Source of the DNA: Polyangium sp. y55x31
GTDB taxonomy: Bacteria > Myxococcota_A > Polyangia > Polyangiales > Polyangiaceae
Direction of reading: 5' to 3'
Assembly (NCBI RefSeq): GCF_029946505.1
Contig: NZ_JARZHG010000009.1
Span: 42,927 to 106,926, forward strand
Length of the DNA stretch: 64,000 nucleotides
Below the pieces are notes generated by a model. That model saw only the letters and a program-made list of their open reading frames with translations, searched no databases and was not told where the DNA came from. The translations under genes and the position numbers were made by a program. Shown here piece by piece: positions 1-8,696 of the stretch; position 1 is the stretch's first letter; each line of letters opens with the position of its first letter.

Positions 1-1
1 C

Positions 2-646
2 ATGGGGCGCCTCGATCCGCCGGGTTTGTCCAAAAAGCTCGAAGCGCCGATGGGCCTTTACGCCGAGCCCACGATCGACCGCGTCGCCAAGGCCGCGCTC
101 CCCTTCCTCGACGCGCGCCTCGCCGAAGGCAAAGGCCTGCACGACCCCGGCTTCGCCAGTGGCTTCCTCGCCGCCGTCCACAAGGCCTTCCCCGACGGCT
201 TGCCGCCCCTCGCGTACGCCCGGCCCCTCGTCGCCGTCGTCGCGCCGGACCTATGGCCGGCATTCCACGCCTTCGACGGCGCCGCGATGGCCTCCTCGCT
301 CGGCGGCTCCACCGCCTCCGACGCCATGCGCGCCCCCGAGACCTTGAACCTCTTCGCCTCTCGCCCGCACTGGGGCGGCGCGTTTTTCGTGACACACGCC
401 GAGGTCGCCGACCTCGCCCGCTTCGAGGGCCCGATCGGCGCCGCCGCCGTCGCCGCCATCACCGCCGAGGCCCAGCGAGCCCGCGCGTTCGTGTATTCGA
501 CGCAAAAGAGCCCCGGCGTGTATCGATTCGTCTTCGTCGCCGACGACCTGCCCTCGATGAACGACCTCGTCCGCGCCCTCGCGGCCCAGCGCGCGCCGTT
601 CGAGGGCGCGCTGGAGGTCGTCGCGCGCCACCCGGCCTCGCATTGA
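2..646 (+). CDS. hypothetical protein (possibly 5'-partial; ATG at window position 2)
   Basis: 214-aa ORF with ordinary residue composition and GC3-rich codon usage. No motif recognised. It is followed by a terminator hairpin. Confidence 0.45.
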   Translation: MGRLDPPGLSKKLEAPMGLYAEPTIDRVAKAALPFLDARLAEGKGLHDPGFASGFLAAVHKAFPDGLPPLAYARPLVAVVAPDLWPAFHAFDGAAMASSLGGSTASDAMRAPETLNLFASRPHWGGAFFVTHAEVADLARFEGPIGAAAVAAITAEAQRARAFVYSTQKSPGVYRFVFVADDLPSMNDLVRALAAQRAPFEGALEVVARHPASH

Positions 647-670
647 AGCGACGCAGAATCGCGTAACCAC

Positions 671-718
671 AAAAAGGCGCCGCCCGCGCCGTCGCGAGGA
701 CGACGCGGGCGGTTTTTT
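671..718. terminator. bidirectional rho-independent terminator between convergent genes
   Basis: AAAAA, then GC-rich stem GCGCCGCCCGCG...CGCGGGCGG, then TTTTTT. The hairpin is flanked by an A-run and a T-run, so it reads as a terminator on both strands. It lies between the stop at 646 (+) and the stop at 757 (-). Confidence 0.5.
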
Positions 719-756
719 CGAGGCGCGAGGGGCTCGCGCCTCGGCCGTTCAGGGTC

Positions 757-3700
757 TCAGGACCGCTTGCTGCTGCGGCGGCGCTTGGCCATGAATGCGC
801 CCACCATCGCGAGGAAGCCGCCCACGGCGCCCACGCCGCGCGCCGGCGCCTCGTCGCCCGGCACCGAGCAGCCGCAACCGCCGACGACGACCGGCTCATC
901 GTCGCCGCCCGCGCCGCCCGCGCCGGTCGTGACGGTGGTGACTGCGGTGACTGCGCCGCCCATGCCGCCGTCGCCGCCCGTGCCGCCGACGCCGCCCGCG
1001 CCGCCTGCGCCACCCGCGCCGCCTGCGCCGCCTGCGCCACCGGCACCGCCTGCACCACCGGCGCCACCAGCACCACCGGCACCGCCTGCGCCACCGGCAC
1101 CGCCTGCGCCACCGGCACCACCTGCGCCACCGGTACCGCCCATTCCGCCTTCACCGCCTGCGCCACCCGCGCCGCCGGCACCACCGGCACCGCCCATTCC
1201 GCCACCGCCGGTCGAGCTGCTGCTCGTCCCGCTCGGCGGCTGCACGAGCACGTCGACCGTATCCGTCGCCGACGCCTGACCGTCGTTCACGGCCACCTGG
1301 AACGTGAGCAGCGTCTCCGTCAGGACGTTTGGCGCGACGAAGTCCGTGCTGACGGTGCTCGGCGCGGTCAGCGTCACGCCCGGACCGACCTGCTGCGTCC
1401 AGGCGAACGTCAGCGGATCGTTATCGGGATCCGAGCTCAGCGCCGCGTCGAGCTTCACGGTATCGCCGCTCGTCACCGTCTGATCGGGGCCGGCGTTCGC
1501 GACCGGCGGCTGGTTCGCCTCGTCGCAGGTCCCCTGATCCGAAGCGATGCTCGAGAACGGCTTGTTCGCGAGGCCGTTGACGGTCAGGCTCTCGACGAAC
1601 CATCCCTGGGTCCCGACCGCCTCGTCCGTGCCGATGCGGAAGCGGATCTTGAAGGTCTTGCCGGCGAACTGATTGCCGAGGTTGATGCTCGTCGTGATGT
1701 TCGTGCCGTTCGCGAAGCCCGTGCTTTGCCCGGTGAAACCCTTCTGGCCGACGAGCGGGTTGCCCGCGTTCGCGGTGCCGATCGTGCCGTTGTAGTTCGC
1801 GCCGAGGTTCGCGAACGTGTTGATGTTGACCCAGGTCTGGCCGCCGTCCTGGCTCAGCTCGATGATGCCGCCGTCCCAGTTCGTGGCCGGCGTCCCGCTC
1901 CGCTCGAACTGATAGCGGTGCACGAGCGACATCGTCACGTTGCCATTGCCCGCCACGAAGTCCGGCGACTCGTAACGCTCGTCGGAGATGCCCGCGCTCG
2001 CCTCGCCGTGGGCGACCACGTTCGACGACGTCGTGAGCGGCCGGATCCGCGCCCACCTGTTGCTCGGACCCGACGCGTTCTTCGCCGCCCACGTCTCCAG
2101 GTTGCTCTCCCAGAGCTCCTGCGTCGCCGCGTTCGGGATGTTGTCGAAATGGACCTTGCGCACGCCCGTGTTGCTGATCGTCGGCGTGCACGACCCGGGG
2201 GCGGCCACGTCGACCTTGAGCTGCAGGTCCGTGATCGACGCGACCGAGTCCGCGAGCGCGATCTGCACCGTCGCGCTGTTCGACGCGAGGATGTTCGTCG
2301 ACGGCAGCACCGCGGACGCGCCGTTCGGGAACGACACGTTCGGGTTCGACGAGCTCACCGTGACCGTGCCGCCGACGAGCGGCGCCCAGCCCTGGTTGCG
2401 CACCTCGATCGTGACTTTGCCGATCTCGCTGTTGTCGAGGACGCCGTCGTTGTCGCAGGAGAGCACGCTGTCGTCGACGTTCACCGAGACCAGCACCGGC
2501 TGCGGCGCCGCCTCGTAGCTCTCGGTCACGCCCACGTTGTCGGTGGAGTTGCGCGGCGGCGAGATCGCGCAGGAGCCGGCGCCGCGGATGGCGAAGCCGG
2601 TCGCGAGGTCCTGGAAGTCATCCACGTTCGCCGCGATTGCCGTCGCGAGGATGCCGTCGCGCTGCTCGGTGAACGTCGGGTTCGCCGGTGCGAGCTGCAT
2701 GCCGCCGGTGAGGTAATCGGCCATCTTGCGCTTGGCCTGGTCGAACGTGTGGCGCGGCGTCGCCGAGTACGCGTCCTCGAGGATCTTCGCATACCCCTCG
2801 AGCACCATCATCGCCCAGATCTCGCCGGTGTTGTGCACCTCTTCGTTGTCGGCGGAGAGCGGCTGCGTGGGAATGCCGGCCGGGAGCGCCTGGCCGGCCT
2901 GGATGTGCTTGAACGTGAGCGCGTTCTTCGAGAAATCGGTCGTGTACGGATAACGCCGGATCCCGAAATACGCGCTGTCGCCGAACGTCGCGCCGCCGTA
3001 CACCGCCGTCGCGTACACGCCATTCGGATCGTCGCCCTCGCGAATGAGCATGTGGAGCGCCACGGTATCGCCCCAGCCCTCGCCCATGCCGCGGGACTGG
3101 ACCGAGCCCACGGCGACGAGGCGGTTGTGGATGTAGTGGCCCCACTCGTGCGCGGCCACGCCATTGTCGATGGTACCGTCGCGCCTCGTGTTCTCGCCGC
3201 GGAAAATCGTGGCCGAGACCGGGCCGGTCTGGAGCGCCGTCTTCAGCGCCGTGCCCACGTCCTTCGTGACACCGAGCACGCCGATGCCGACGGGAATGGG
3301 CGGATCCGATTCGCCCATGGGGCTCGGCGGCAGGCCGGGCGTCAGGTGGTTCGCGATGATTCCGCCCACCGCGCCGGCGGCCTCGATGTTCGCCGCCTTC
3401 ACGTTGAAATCGCACGAGCCGCGATCCGCGAGCACGATCTTCCCGGCGTAATTGCCCACGAGCGTCTGGCAGGCGTCATTGAACGTGCCGGGCGTGGCAT
3501 TCGTCGTGTCCGTGGAGTTGTCGACCGCGAGCGCGACACCCGCCGTGGTGGTGAACGTCTGCAGGCCGAAGCTCGCGACGCCGGTCGGATAGGTCGCGCC
3601 CCCCGGGTTCACGGTCAGGCTCGCGTTGGGCGGGCCGCTCCAGACGAACATCTGCATCCGCGGCTGGGCGCCGTCGCCCGGCGTGCTCATGTTCGCGTTG

Positions 3701-5082
3701 TCGAGCGACGGATCCGCGTTGTGGTAGCCGTCCTGCGCCTCGGCCAGGATCGCGTCGTTGGCAAGGCCGCCGCGGCCGTAGTTGTTCACCTGCGCGTTGC
3801 CGGCCGCCTCGTTGAAGCCCGAGTCGTACCAGTAATCGTGCAGGTAGTTGTTCAGGAAGAAGAGCTGCGTGATCGCCGCTTTCACCTGATCCTGCGTGAC
3901 ATCGGGGTTCTGCGCCGTGTCGTAGACGCGATCGAAGACGCCCGTCGCCGTCACGTTCGCGCGATACTCGCCGGAGCTGAGCCCCTGCGGATCCTGGTGA
4001 TCGACGTATGCGTCGACGTTGTTGCCCGAGGTCTCCGTCGCGCCTGCGGGCAGCCACGGATCGAACGTCCCTTGCGGGTTCGTGTTGAAGCCGTCGATCG
4101 TGACCAGGATCGGCGAGATGAACGCCGGCGCCGAGCCGTCGGGCACGCCCGTCGGGTGCGGCGCGTAGTCGGCCATCGGGCCTTCGGTCGGCGTGTACTT
4201 CGGCGCGCCGTCCGACCAGACGCGGTACGTGTACGCCGCGTCGTGCGTCCGGTCCGCGCGCATGAGCAGCCGCCCGTCGTCCGCGGCGATCACGTAGGCG
4301 TAGAGCTCGTCGTTGTGCAGGCCCTTCTGGCCGCCCCAGATCTCGACGTAATACGCCGACACCACCTGATCCGGCATCGGGAAATAGACCTTCTTGATGC
4401 GCGCCGGCCGCGTCAGCTCGATGTGCACCGTCTCGGGCGAATCGACGAGGTCGTAGAAGGCATAACCGTGCTCGGGCTGCTTTTTGTCCTTGAACGAGCT
4501 CGCGGGCACCTTCGTCGCGAAGAAATCGTTGAACGCGCGGGAGACGGCGGTGGCGGCGTCGAGCTTGAAGTTCTTGCCGCGCTTCATGCCCGGCGTCGCC
4601 GACGGGTGCAGGTTGCCGGCGATCGCCACGAGCTCGCGGCTCTGCGTCATCAGCACCTTCACGTCGTTCTGGAAGACCTCGATCCCGTCGACGTTCTGGC
4701 GGAACACCACGATGATGCCCCCGCCCGTCACGTCGTTCACCACCACGGGCACGGCCGCGTCGATCGCCTTCTTGCCGACGCCGTAGAGGTAGGCGTAGTG
4801 CTCGAGGTAGAGCCGCGCCGACGCGGCGGGCGTCGCCGTCGTCGCGCCCGGCGCCTTCCAGCCGCCCTTCGGCGCCCAGAAGAACGTCGGCACGCCGCGC
4901 TTCTCGTCCACGCCCGTCACGCCGCCGACGCCCGTGTCGTGCAGGCTTTGCAGCGGGCTCACCTCCACCGCCGGGGCGTCGTCGTACGCATGGTAATTCG
5001 GCAGATCCATGTCGCCCGCGCGCGCCGCGGAGCCGGCGAGCAGCGTGATGAGAGCCGTGGCATATCGAGCAGAGCGCTTCAT
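757..5082 (-). CDS. secreted M36 (fungalysin-like) zinc metallopeptidase with PA domain, Gly-rich repeat linker and MYXO-CTERM sorting tail
   Basis: HEWGHYIHNRL...GEGWGD matches the fungalysin HExxH / EGWSD signature. A PA-domain segment (GKIVLADRGSCDF) is present. The N-terminal signal peptide is MKRSARYATALITLLAGSAARA. ATG at 5082 has a GGAGGA SD. The C-terminus is GGCGCS, a hydrophobic stretch, then KRRRSSKRS, which is MYXO-CTERM-like. Confidence 0.85.
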   Translation of the reverse strand: MKRSARYATALITLLAGSAARAGDMDLPNYHAYDDAPAVEVSPLQSLHDTGVGGVTGVDEKRGVPTFFWAPKGGWKAPGATTATPAASARLYLEHYAYLYGVGKKAIDAAVPVVVNDVTGGGIIVVFRQNVDGIEVFQNDVKVLMTQSRELVAIAGNLHPSATPGMKRGKNFKLDAATAVSRAFNDFFATKVPASSFKDKKQPEHGYAFYDLVDSPETVHIELTRPARIKKVYFPMPDQVVSAYYVEIWGGQKGLHNDELYAYVIAADDGRLLMRADRTHDAAYTYRVWSDGAPKYTPTEGPMADYAPHPTGVPDGSAPAFISPILVTIDGFNTNPQGTFDPWLPAGATETSGNNVDAYVDHQDPQGLSSGEYRANVTATGVFDRVYDTAQNPDVTQDQVKAAITQLFFLNNYLHDYWYDSGFNEAAGNAQVNNYGRGGLANDAILAEAQDGYHNADPSLDNANMSTPGDGAQPRMQMFVWSGPPNASLTVNPGGATYPTGVASFGLQTFTTTAGVALAVDNSTDTTNATPGTFNDACQTLVGNYAGKIVLADRGSCDFNVKAANIEAAGAVGGIIANHLTPGLPPSPMGESDPPIPVGIGVLGVTKDVGTALKTALQTGPVSATIFRGENTRRDGTIDNGVAAHEWGHYIHNRLVAVGSVQSRGMGEGWGDTVALHMLIREGDDPNGVYATAVYGGATFGDSAYFGIRRYPYTTDFSKNALTFKHIQAGQALPAGIPTQPLSADNEEVHNTGEIWAMMVLEGYAKILEDAYSATPRHTFDQAKRKMADYLTGGMQLAPANPTFTEQRDGILATAIAANVDDFQDLATGFAIRGAGSCAISPPRNSTDNVGVTESYEAAPQPVLVSVNVDDSVLSCDNDGVLDNSEIGKVTIEVRNQGWAPLVGGTVTVSSSNPNVSFPNGASAVLPSTNILASNSATVQIALADSVASITDLQLKVDVAAPGSCTPTISNTGVRKVHFDNIPNAATQELWESNLETWAAKNASGPSNRWARIRPLTTSSNVVAHGEASAGISDERYESPDFVAGNGNVTMSLVHRYQFERSGTPATNWDGGIIELSQDGGQTWVNINTFANLGANYNGTIGTANAGNPLVGQKGFTGQSTGFANGTNITTSINLGNQFAGKTFKIRFRIGTDEAVGTQGWFVESLTVNGLANKPFSSIASDQGTCDEANQPPVANAGPDQTVTSGDTVKLDAALSSDPDNDPLTFAWTQQVGPGVTLTAPSTVSTDFVAPNVLTETLLTFQVAVNDGQASATDTVDVLVQPPSGTSSSSTGGGGMGGAGGAGGAGGAGGEGGMGGTGGAGGAGGAGGAGGAGGAGGAGGAGGAGGAGGAGGAGGAGGAGGAGGVGGTGGDGGMGGAVTAVTTVTTGAGGAGGDDEPVVVGGCGCSVPGDEAPARGVGAVGGFLAMVGAFMAKRRRSSKRS
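955..1250 (-). repeat. in-frame Gly-rich (GGxGGxGG) tandem repeat encoding the linker of the M36 protease
   Basis: GGAGGAGGAGG... runs for about 100 aa in the minus frame. The same DNA reads PPAPPAPP on the plus strand. Period is 9 nt, with no spacers. Confidence 0.7.
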
Positions 5083-5297
5083 GATTCCTCCACGCCAGAA
5101 TCTTCGTGGTGACCCCGCAGGCGAGCGCCGCGAGCGAAGTACGTTTTCGGTGATCTCGGACAAGGATTTGGCGCTCGTCGCGCCGCGTACACCCCCTGTA
5201 CCCCGTTCCCGCACGGAAGGGAAGCCGTTCCAGGCTTCGCCGCGGCGTGTCCCCCGCCCCGCCGTCCTCGTGCTCGCGCCCTGGATCCGCTACGAAG

Positions 5298-5546
5298 TTA
5301 ACGCCCGAGGACGAGCCCCGCGATCACGGCCGCGATCAGCGCCGCGGCGAGCGCCACCGTCCGAAAAAGACGCTGGTTCTGCGAGGATCGTTGGAGCTCG
5401 AACGTTTTGTCCGTCCCGTCCTCGTCCGGTTCCCTCACGACAAACGTGACAATCTGGTCCCCGCGGTGATCCCCGGCGCTCTGCGAACGATATGGATCGG
5501 CCATCACTTCCGCGGGAATGGGCACGGCCTCGGCGCCGAGGCGCAC
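5298..5546 (-). CDS. small hypothetical protein with C-terminal transmembrane helix
   Basis: 82-aa ORF ending VALAAALIAAVIAGLVLGR. It sits in the upstream region of the protease gene. Evidence is weak. Confidence 0.3.
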   Translation of the reverse strand: MRLGAEAVPIPAEVMADPYRSQSAGDHRGDQIVTFVVREPDEDGTDKTFELQRSSQNQRLFRTVALAAALIAAVIAGLVLGR

Positions 5547-5621
5547 GGCGCCAAACCCGGCGAGCCTGAGCTCCGCCCCGGTGACCGTCCCCCATATCGA
5601 CGCACGACGCCCTTGCGACGC

Positions 5622-6044
5622 TCACGCCGGGCGGCTTCGCTGCTGGATGCATTCGCGCAGCGCGGCCTCGAAGTCCACGCGGGTCGGGTGCACGCGCATC
5701 CCTGGCATCACCACGCTCGCCGCCTGGATGCCGAGCCCCACGAGCTTCGACCGCACGAGGAAATGGGCCCCCTCGTTCCCCTTCCCGAAATCGCGCGCCA
5801 TCTCGGTCAGCCGCGCGCGGGCCCGCGAATCGTAATCGGTCATCTCCTCCCAGTCGTGAAAGCCCATGATCCGCCCGTCCTCGGCCACGACCCTGCGCGC
5901 GATCGCCTCGATCACCGTCGCGCATTGGTCGTCGAGGTGGCCCGCCACTCGTGTCACGAGCACGCGCCGTGCGGGCCGCCACAGCCGCACCGTCGCTCGC
6001 GCCGTCGTCGTGGTTTCGGCCTTGTCGACCGGGAGCAGCTCCAT
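5622..6044 (-). CDS. hypothetical protein
   Basis: 140-aa ORF with balanced composition. No motif recognised. Confidence 0.45.
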   Translation of the reverse strand: MELLPVDKAETTTTARATVRLWRPARRVLVTRVAGHLDDQCATVIEAIARRVVAEDGRIMGFHDWEEMTDYDSRARARLTEMARDFGKGNEGAHFLVRSKLVGLGIQAASVVMPGMRVHPTRVDFEAALRECIQQRSRPA

Positions 6045-6270
6045 CCCGAACGACTACCGCGCAGGGCACAACGCGTCAATTCCGTCGGAACAGCCTCCCC
6101 GGTCGGAATCTTGCCACAGCAGAAAATCCTGCTCCGGGAGCGCGTGTCATTTTGGCAGACCAGGGCGCCCGCCGCGCCGGATTGTCGCGATCCTGGCGAA
6201 CGCGGCGCTGGTTCTCTCTGCAAAACACGCTCGTACCGGCCTGGCACCGAACTTGATATCCTCCCGCTCC

Positions 6271-7131
6271 ATGCCGCCCGAGCCTTACCGCACCCCCTCT
6301 TGCCCCACCTGCGCTGCGTCTCACGTCGAGCAAGTGCGCATCTGCGAGCTCTGCGAAGAGCCGTTCGTCCCGAGCGTCGCGGGCGCCGACGCCTGCGACC
6401 CTTGCCTCCGCAAAGCCTGCCGGGTCGTCGCGCGCGCGAGCGCCGAAAAAACCGCCCCGAAGCGCGCCAAGGCGGTCCTGCGCTGGCTGCCCGTCGCGCT
6501 CGCCGTCCTCACCGTGGGCATTCTGTCGTTCAATACGCTCGTCTTCGTCGACACGGCGCGACGCATCACCGAGCTCCGCGCCGCGCCGCACCCCGCCGGA
6601 AAGCACCGCGCGAAGTCGAAGTCCAAGGGCAAACCGAAGACGCCCGCGCCGCCCAAGCAAATTGCGGCGACGCCCGCCCCGCCCCCGCCGCGCGCGGAGA
6701 CCTTCGACGACACGAGCATCCCGGCCCTCACGAGCGTGCTCGCCGAGCTCCGGCCCGAGGCCCACGATCCGGACGCCCTGCTCGCGCGGGTCCAGAAGCT
6801 CCGCGAGGCCGGCCTCGACATCTTCCTCGTCCGGACGAACATCGGCAAGAACGTCTTCGACGGCGGCAGCGACCTCCGCACGCGCATCAGCCCCGTCCAG
6901 AAGGGCGGAAAGACCGTCGGCGTGCGTTACTCCCGCCTCGGCGCCGACGCGATCGAATCGCTCGCGGGCGTCCAGCCGGGCGACGTCCTCGTCTCCATCA
7001 ATGGCTACGGCGTCGATAGCCCCGACCGCGCGCTCAGCGGCTACGCGTCCTCCCGCGAAAAGGGCGGCGCCGTCTTCGAGCTCTTCCGCAATGGCCGCCG
7101 CGTCGTCCTCGACGTCCGCTGGCCCAAGTGA
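6271..7131 (+). CDS. zinc-ribbon / transmembrane / PDZ-domain protein
   Basis: ATG at 6271. N-terminal CPTC...CELCEE...CDPC cysteine cluster. One TM helix (WLPVALAVLTVGILSF), then a Lys/Pro-rich linker. C-terminal PDZ-like segment GVQPGDVLVSINGYGV. The 5' part of the 421-aa ORF is an R/S-rich artefact. Confidence 0.6.
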   Translation: MPPEPYRTPSCPTCAASHVEQVRICELCEEPFVPSVAGADACDPCLRKACRVVARASAEKTAPKRAKAVLRWLPVALAVLTVGILSFNTLVFVDTARRITELRAAPHPAGKHRAKSKSKGKPKTPAPPKQIAATPAPPPPRAETFDDTSIPALTSVLAELRPEAHDPDALLARVQKLREAGLDIFLVRTNIGKNVFDGGSDLRTRISPVQKGGKTVGVRYSRLGADAIESLAGVQPGDVLVSINGYGVDSPDRALSGYASSREKGGAVFELFRNGRRVVLDVRWPK

Positions 7132-7196
7132 TCCACGCCGTCGGGGACGTCCACGAAAGCCTGGAGTCGCCCTCCGGGTTTTGGTAGACGTTCTCC

Positions 7197-8189
7197 ATGG
7201 CGATCTTCCGAACCTCGTCGATCGCGCCCCTCGTGCTGCTGGCGCTCGCCTGCGGCTGCGGCGGCGCGGGCGCTCAGACGAACCCCGAGACACAGGCCGA
7301 GGCCCCCACCGCCGAGGCCACGTCCTCCGCGCCTCCCGCCCCGCCGCCCGCGAACACGGACGAGGCCCCGAAGCCGCCTCCGCCCGAGGAAGCGAAGGCC
7401 GAGCCTGCCCCGGACAAACCCGCCCCGACCGAGCTCGGCGAGGCCCCGAAGGCGCCGTCGATCACGTGCGAGCCCAAGGCCGGCGCGGCTGCGGGCCCGA
7501 AAAAGAAGCTCGAGATCAGCGTGGATCGGTCCCGCGTCGACCTCGACGGCCACAAGCTCGAAGTGAAGCTCACGCGGGCCGCGTGCAAGGTCGAGCTCCA
7601 GGTCATCGGTGAATCCGGCAAGATCCTGGCGAACGCGGCGAAGGCGTTCGACGGCGCGGCGGCGGGCACGGTGCTCGCGATCGACTGGAGCCCGATCCGC
7701 GCCGAGACGGTCTCGCGTATCGAGGTCTGGGGCCACGATACCGAGGGCAACTACGTCGGCGTGGCGATCACGCCGTGGAACGTGAAGATCGACCACGAGG
7801 AGGTCAATTTCGAGACCGACTCGGACAAGATCCGCGACTCCGAGGTGCCGAAGCTCGAAGCGAGCCTCGACAAGGTCAAGGACGCGCTCTCGAAGCACCA
7901 GGATTTGAAGGGCATCTCGCTCTTCATCGCGGGCCACACCGACACCGTGGGCAGCCCCGAGCACAACCTCACGCTCTCACGCAAGCGTGCGCGCGCGATC
8001 GCCGCCTGGTTCCGCGGCCGCGGCCTGAAGATCCCGGTCGCATACGAGGGGTTCGGCGAGCACAGCCCGATCGTCAAGACGGCGGACGAGGTCGCGGAGG
8101 CGAAGAACCGCCGCGTCGATTACATCCTCGCCCTCGACCCGCCGCGATTGCCGCAAGGCGCGGTCGCGTTCGGATGGAAGGCGCTCTGA
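7197..8189 (+). CDS. OmpA-family (peptidoglycan-associated) lipoprotein
   Basis: Lipobox LALACGC. Pro/Ala-rich linker. OmpA C-terminal-like domain motifs GHTDTVGSPEHNLTLSRKRA...NRRVDYIL. Confidence 0.85.
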   Translation: MAIFRTSSIAPLVLLALACGCGGAGAQTNPETQAEAPTAEATSSAPPAPPPANTDEAPKPPPPEEAKAEPAPDKPAPTELGEAPKAPSITCEPKAGAAAGPKKKLEISVDRSRVDLDGHKLEVKLTRAACKVELQVIGESGKILANAAKAFDGAAAGTVLAIDWSPIRAETVSRIEVWGHDTEGNYVGVAITPWNVKIDHEEVNFETDSDKIRDSEVPKLEASLDKVKDALSKHQDLKGISLFIAGHTDTVGSPEHNLTLSRKRARAIAAWFRGRGLKIPVAYEGFGEHSPIVKTADEVAEAKNRRVDYILALDPPRLPQGAVAFGWKAL

Positions 8190-8190
8190 T

Positions 8191-8610
8191 TCAGTCGAAG
8201 AACTGATTGCAGCACGTCGTATCGAGCCCGCAGAGATACCCGCCGTTCGGGTGCGTGCACCTCCCGATCTCGACCCCATCGACGAAGCAATAACATCTGG
8301 GCTCACCCGTCGCCCATCCACAAACGATCCTGACGGACTCTCCGTTGCACGTACCACTGCAGGAGCAATTGCCACCCGACGATTCGTGGCAAAAGTTGTC
8401 GGCGACGCACGAGAGCGAGCCCGCTTCACCGCCGCCTTCACCGGATCCGCCGCCTCCACCTTCGCCCGTTTCGGGCGGCGGCGCCACGATCGAATTCGCG
8501 CCCTCGCCTTGTCCATCCGTTCCGCCCTTGCCGCTCACGTCACTGTCGTTGCAGGCCACGACGGAACCGATTCCGAACACGAAGACCAATCCGGCCAACA
8601 TTTTCTGCAT
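8191..8610 (-). CDS. small Cys-rich secreted lipoprotein
   Basis: Signal peptide with lipobox VVAC. Gly-rich linker. C-terminal domain with about 12 Cys (CSCSGTCNG...CYCF...CC). Confidence 0.5.
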   Translation of the reverse strand: MQKMLAGLVFVFGIGSVVACNDSDVSGKGGTDGQGEGANSIVAPPPETGEGGGGGSGEGGGEAGSLSCVADNFCHESSGGNCSCSGTCNGESVRIVCGWATGEPRCYCFVDGVEIGRCTHPNGGYLCGLDTTCCNQFFD

Positions 8611-8696
8611 GGCGGCGGAGGCTAGATCGCCTGGCGCGTTCGTCGATCAGAGGCTGCCCGACACGGGTGGAGCAACCACGCACGCAGCGCGGGGCT

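Noticed and set aside
955-1250. Possible CRISPR-like short repeat array (GGAGG periodicity)
   Set aside because: Period is 9 nt with no spacers. It is in-frame and encodes a Gly linker inside a protease gene.
1726-5112. 1128-aa + strand ORF
   Set aside because: Antisense to the well-supported M36 protease gene. The translation is Arg/Ala/Val-rich with no motifs, the typical high-GC antisense artefact.
5866-6270. N-terminal 135 codons of the 421-aa + ORF
   Set aside because: S/R/A-rich low-complexity and overlaps the 5622..6044 minus-strand gene. The real start is taken as ATG 6271.
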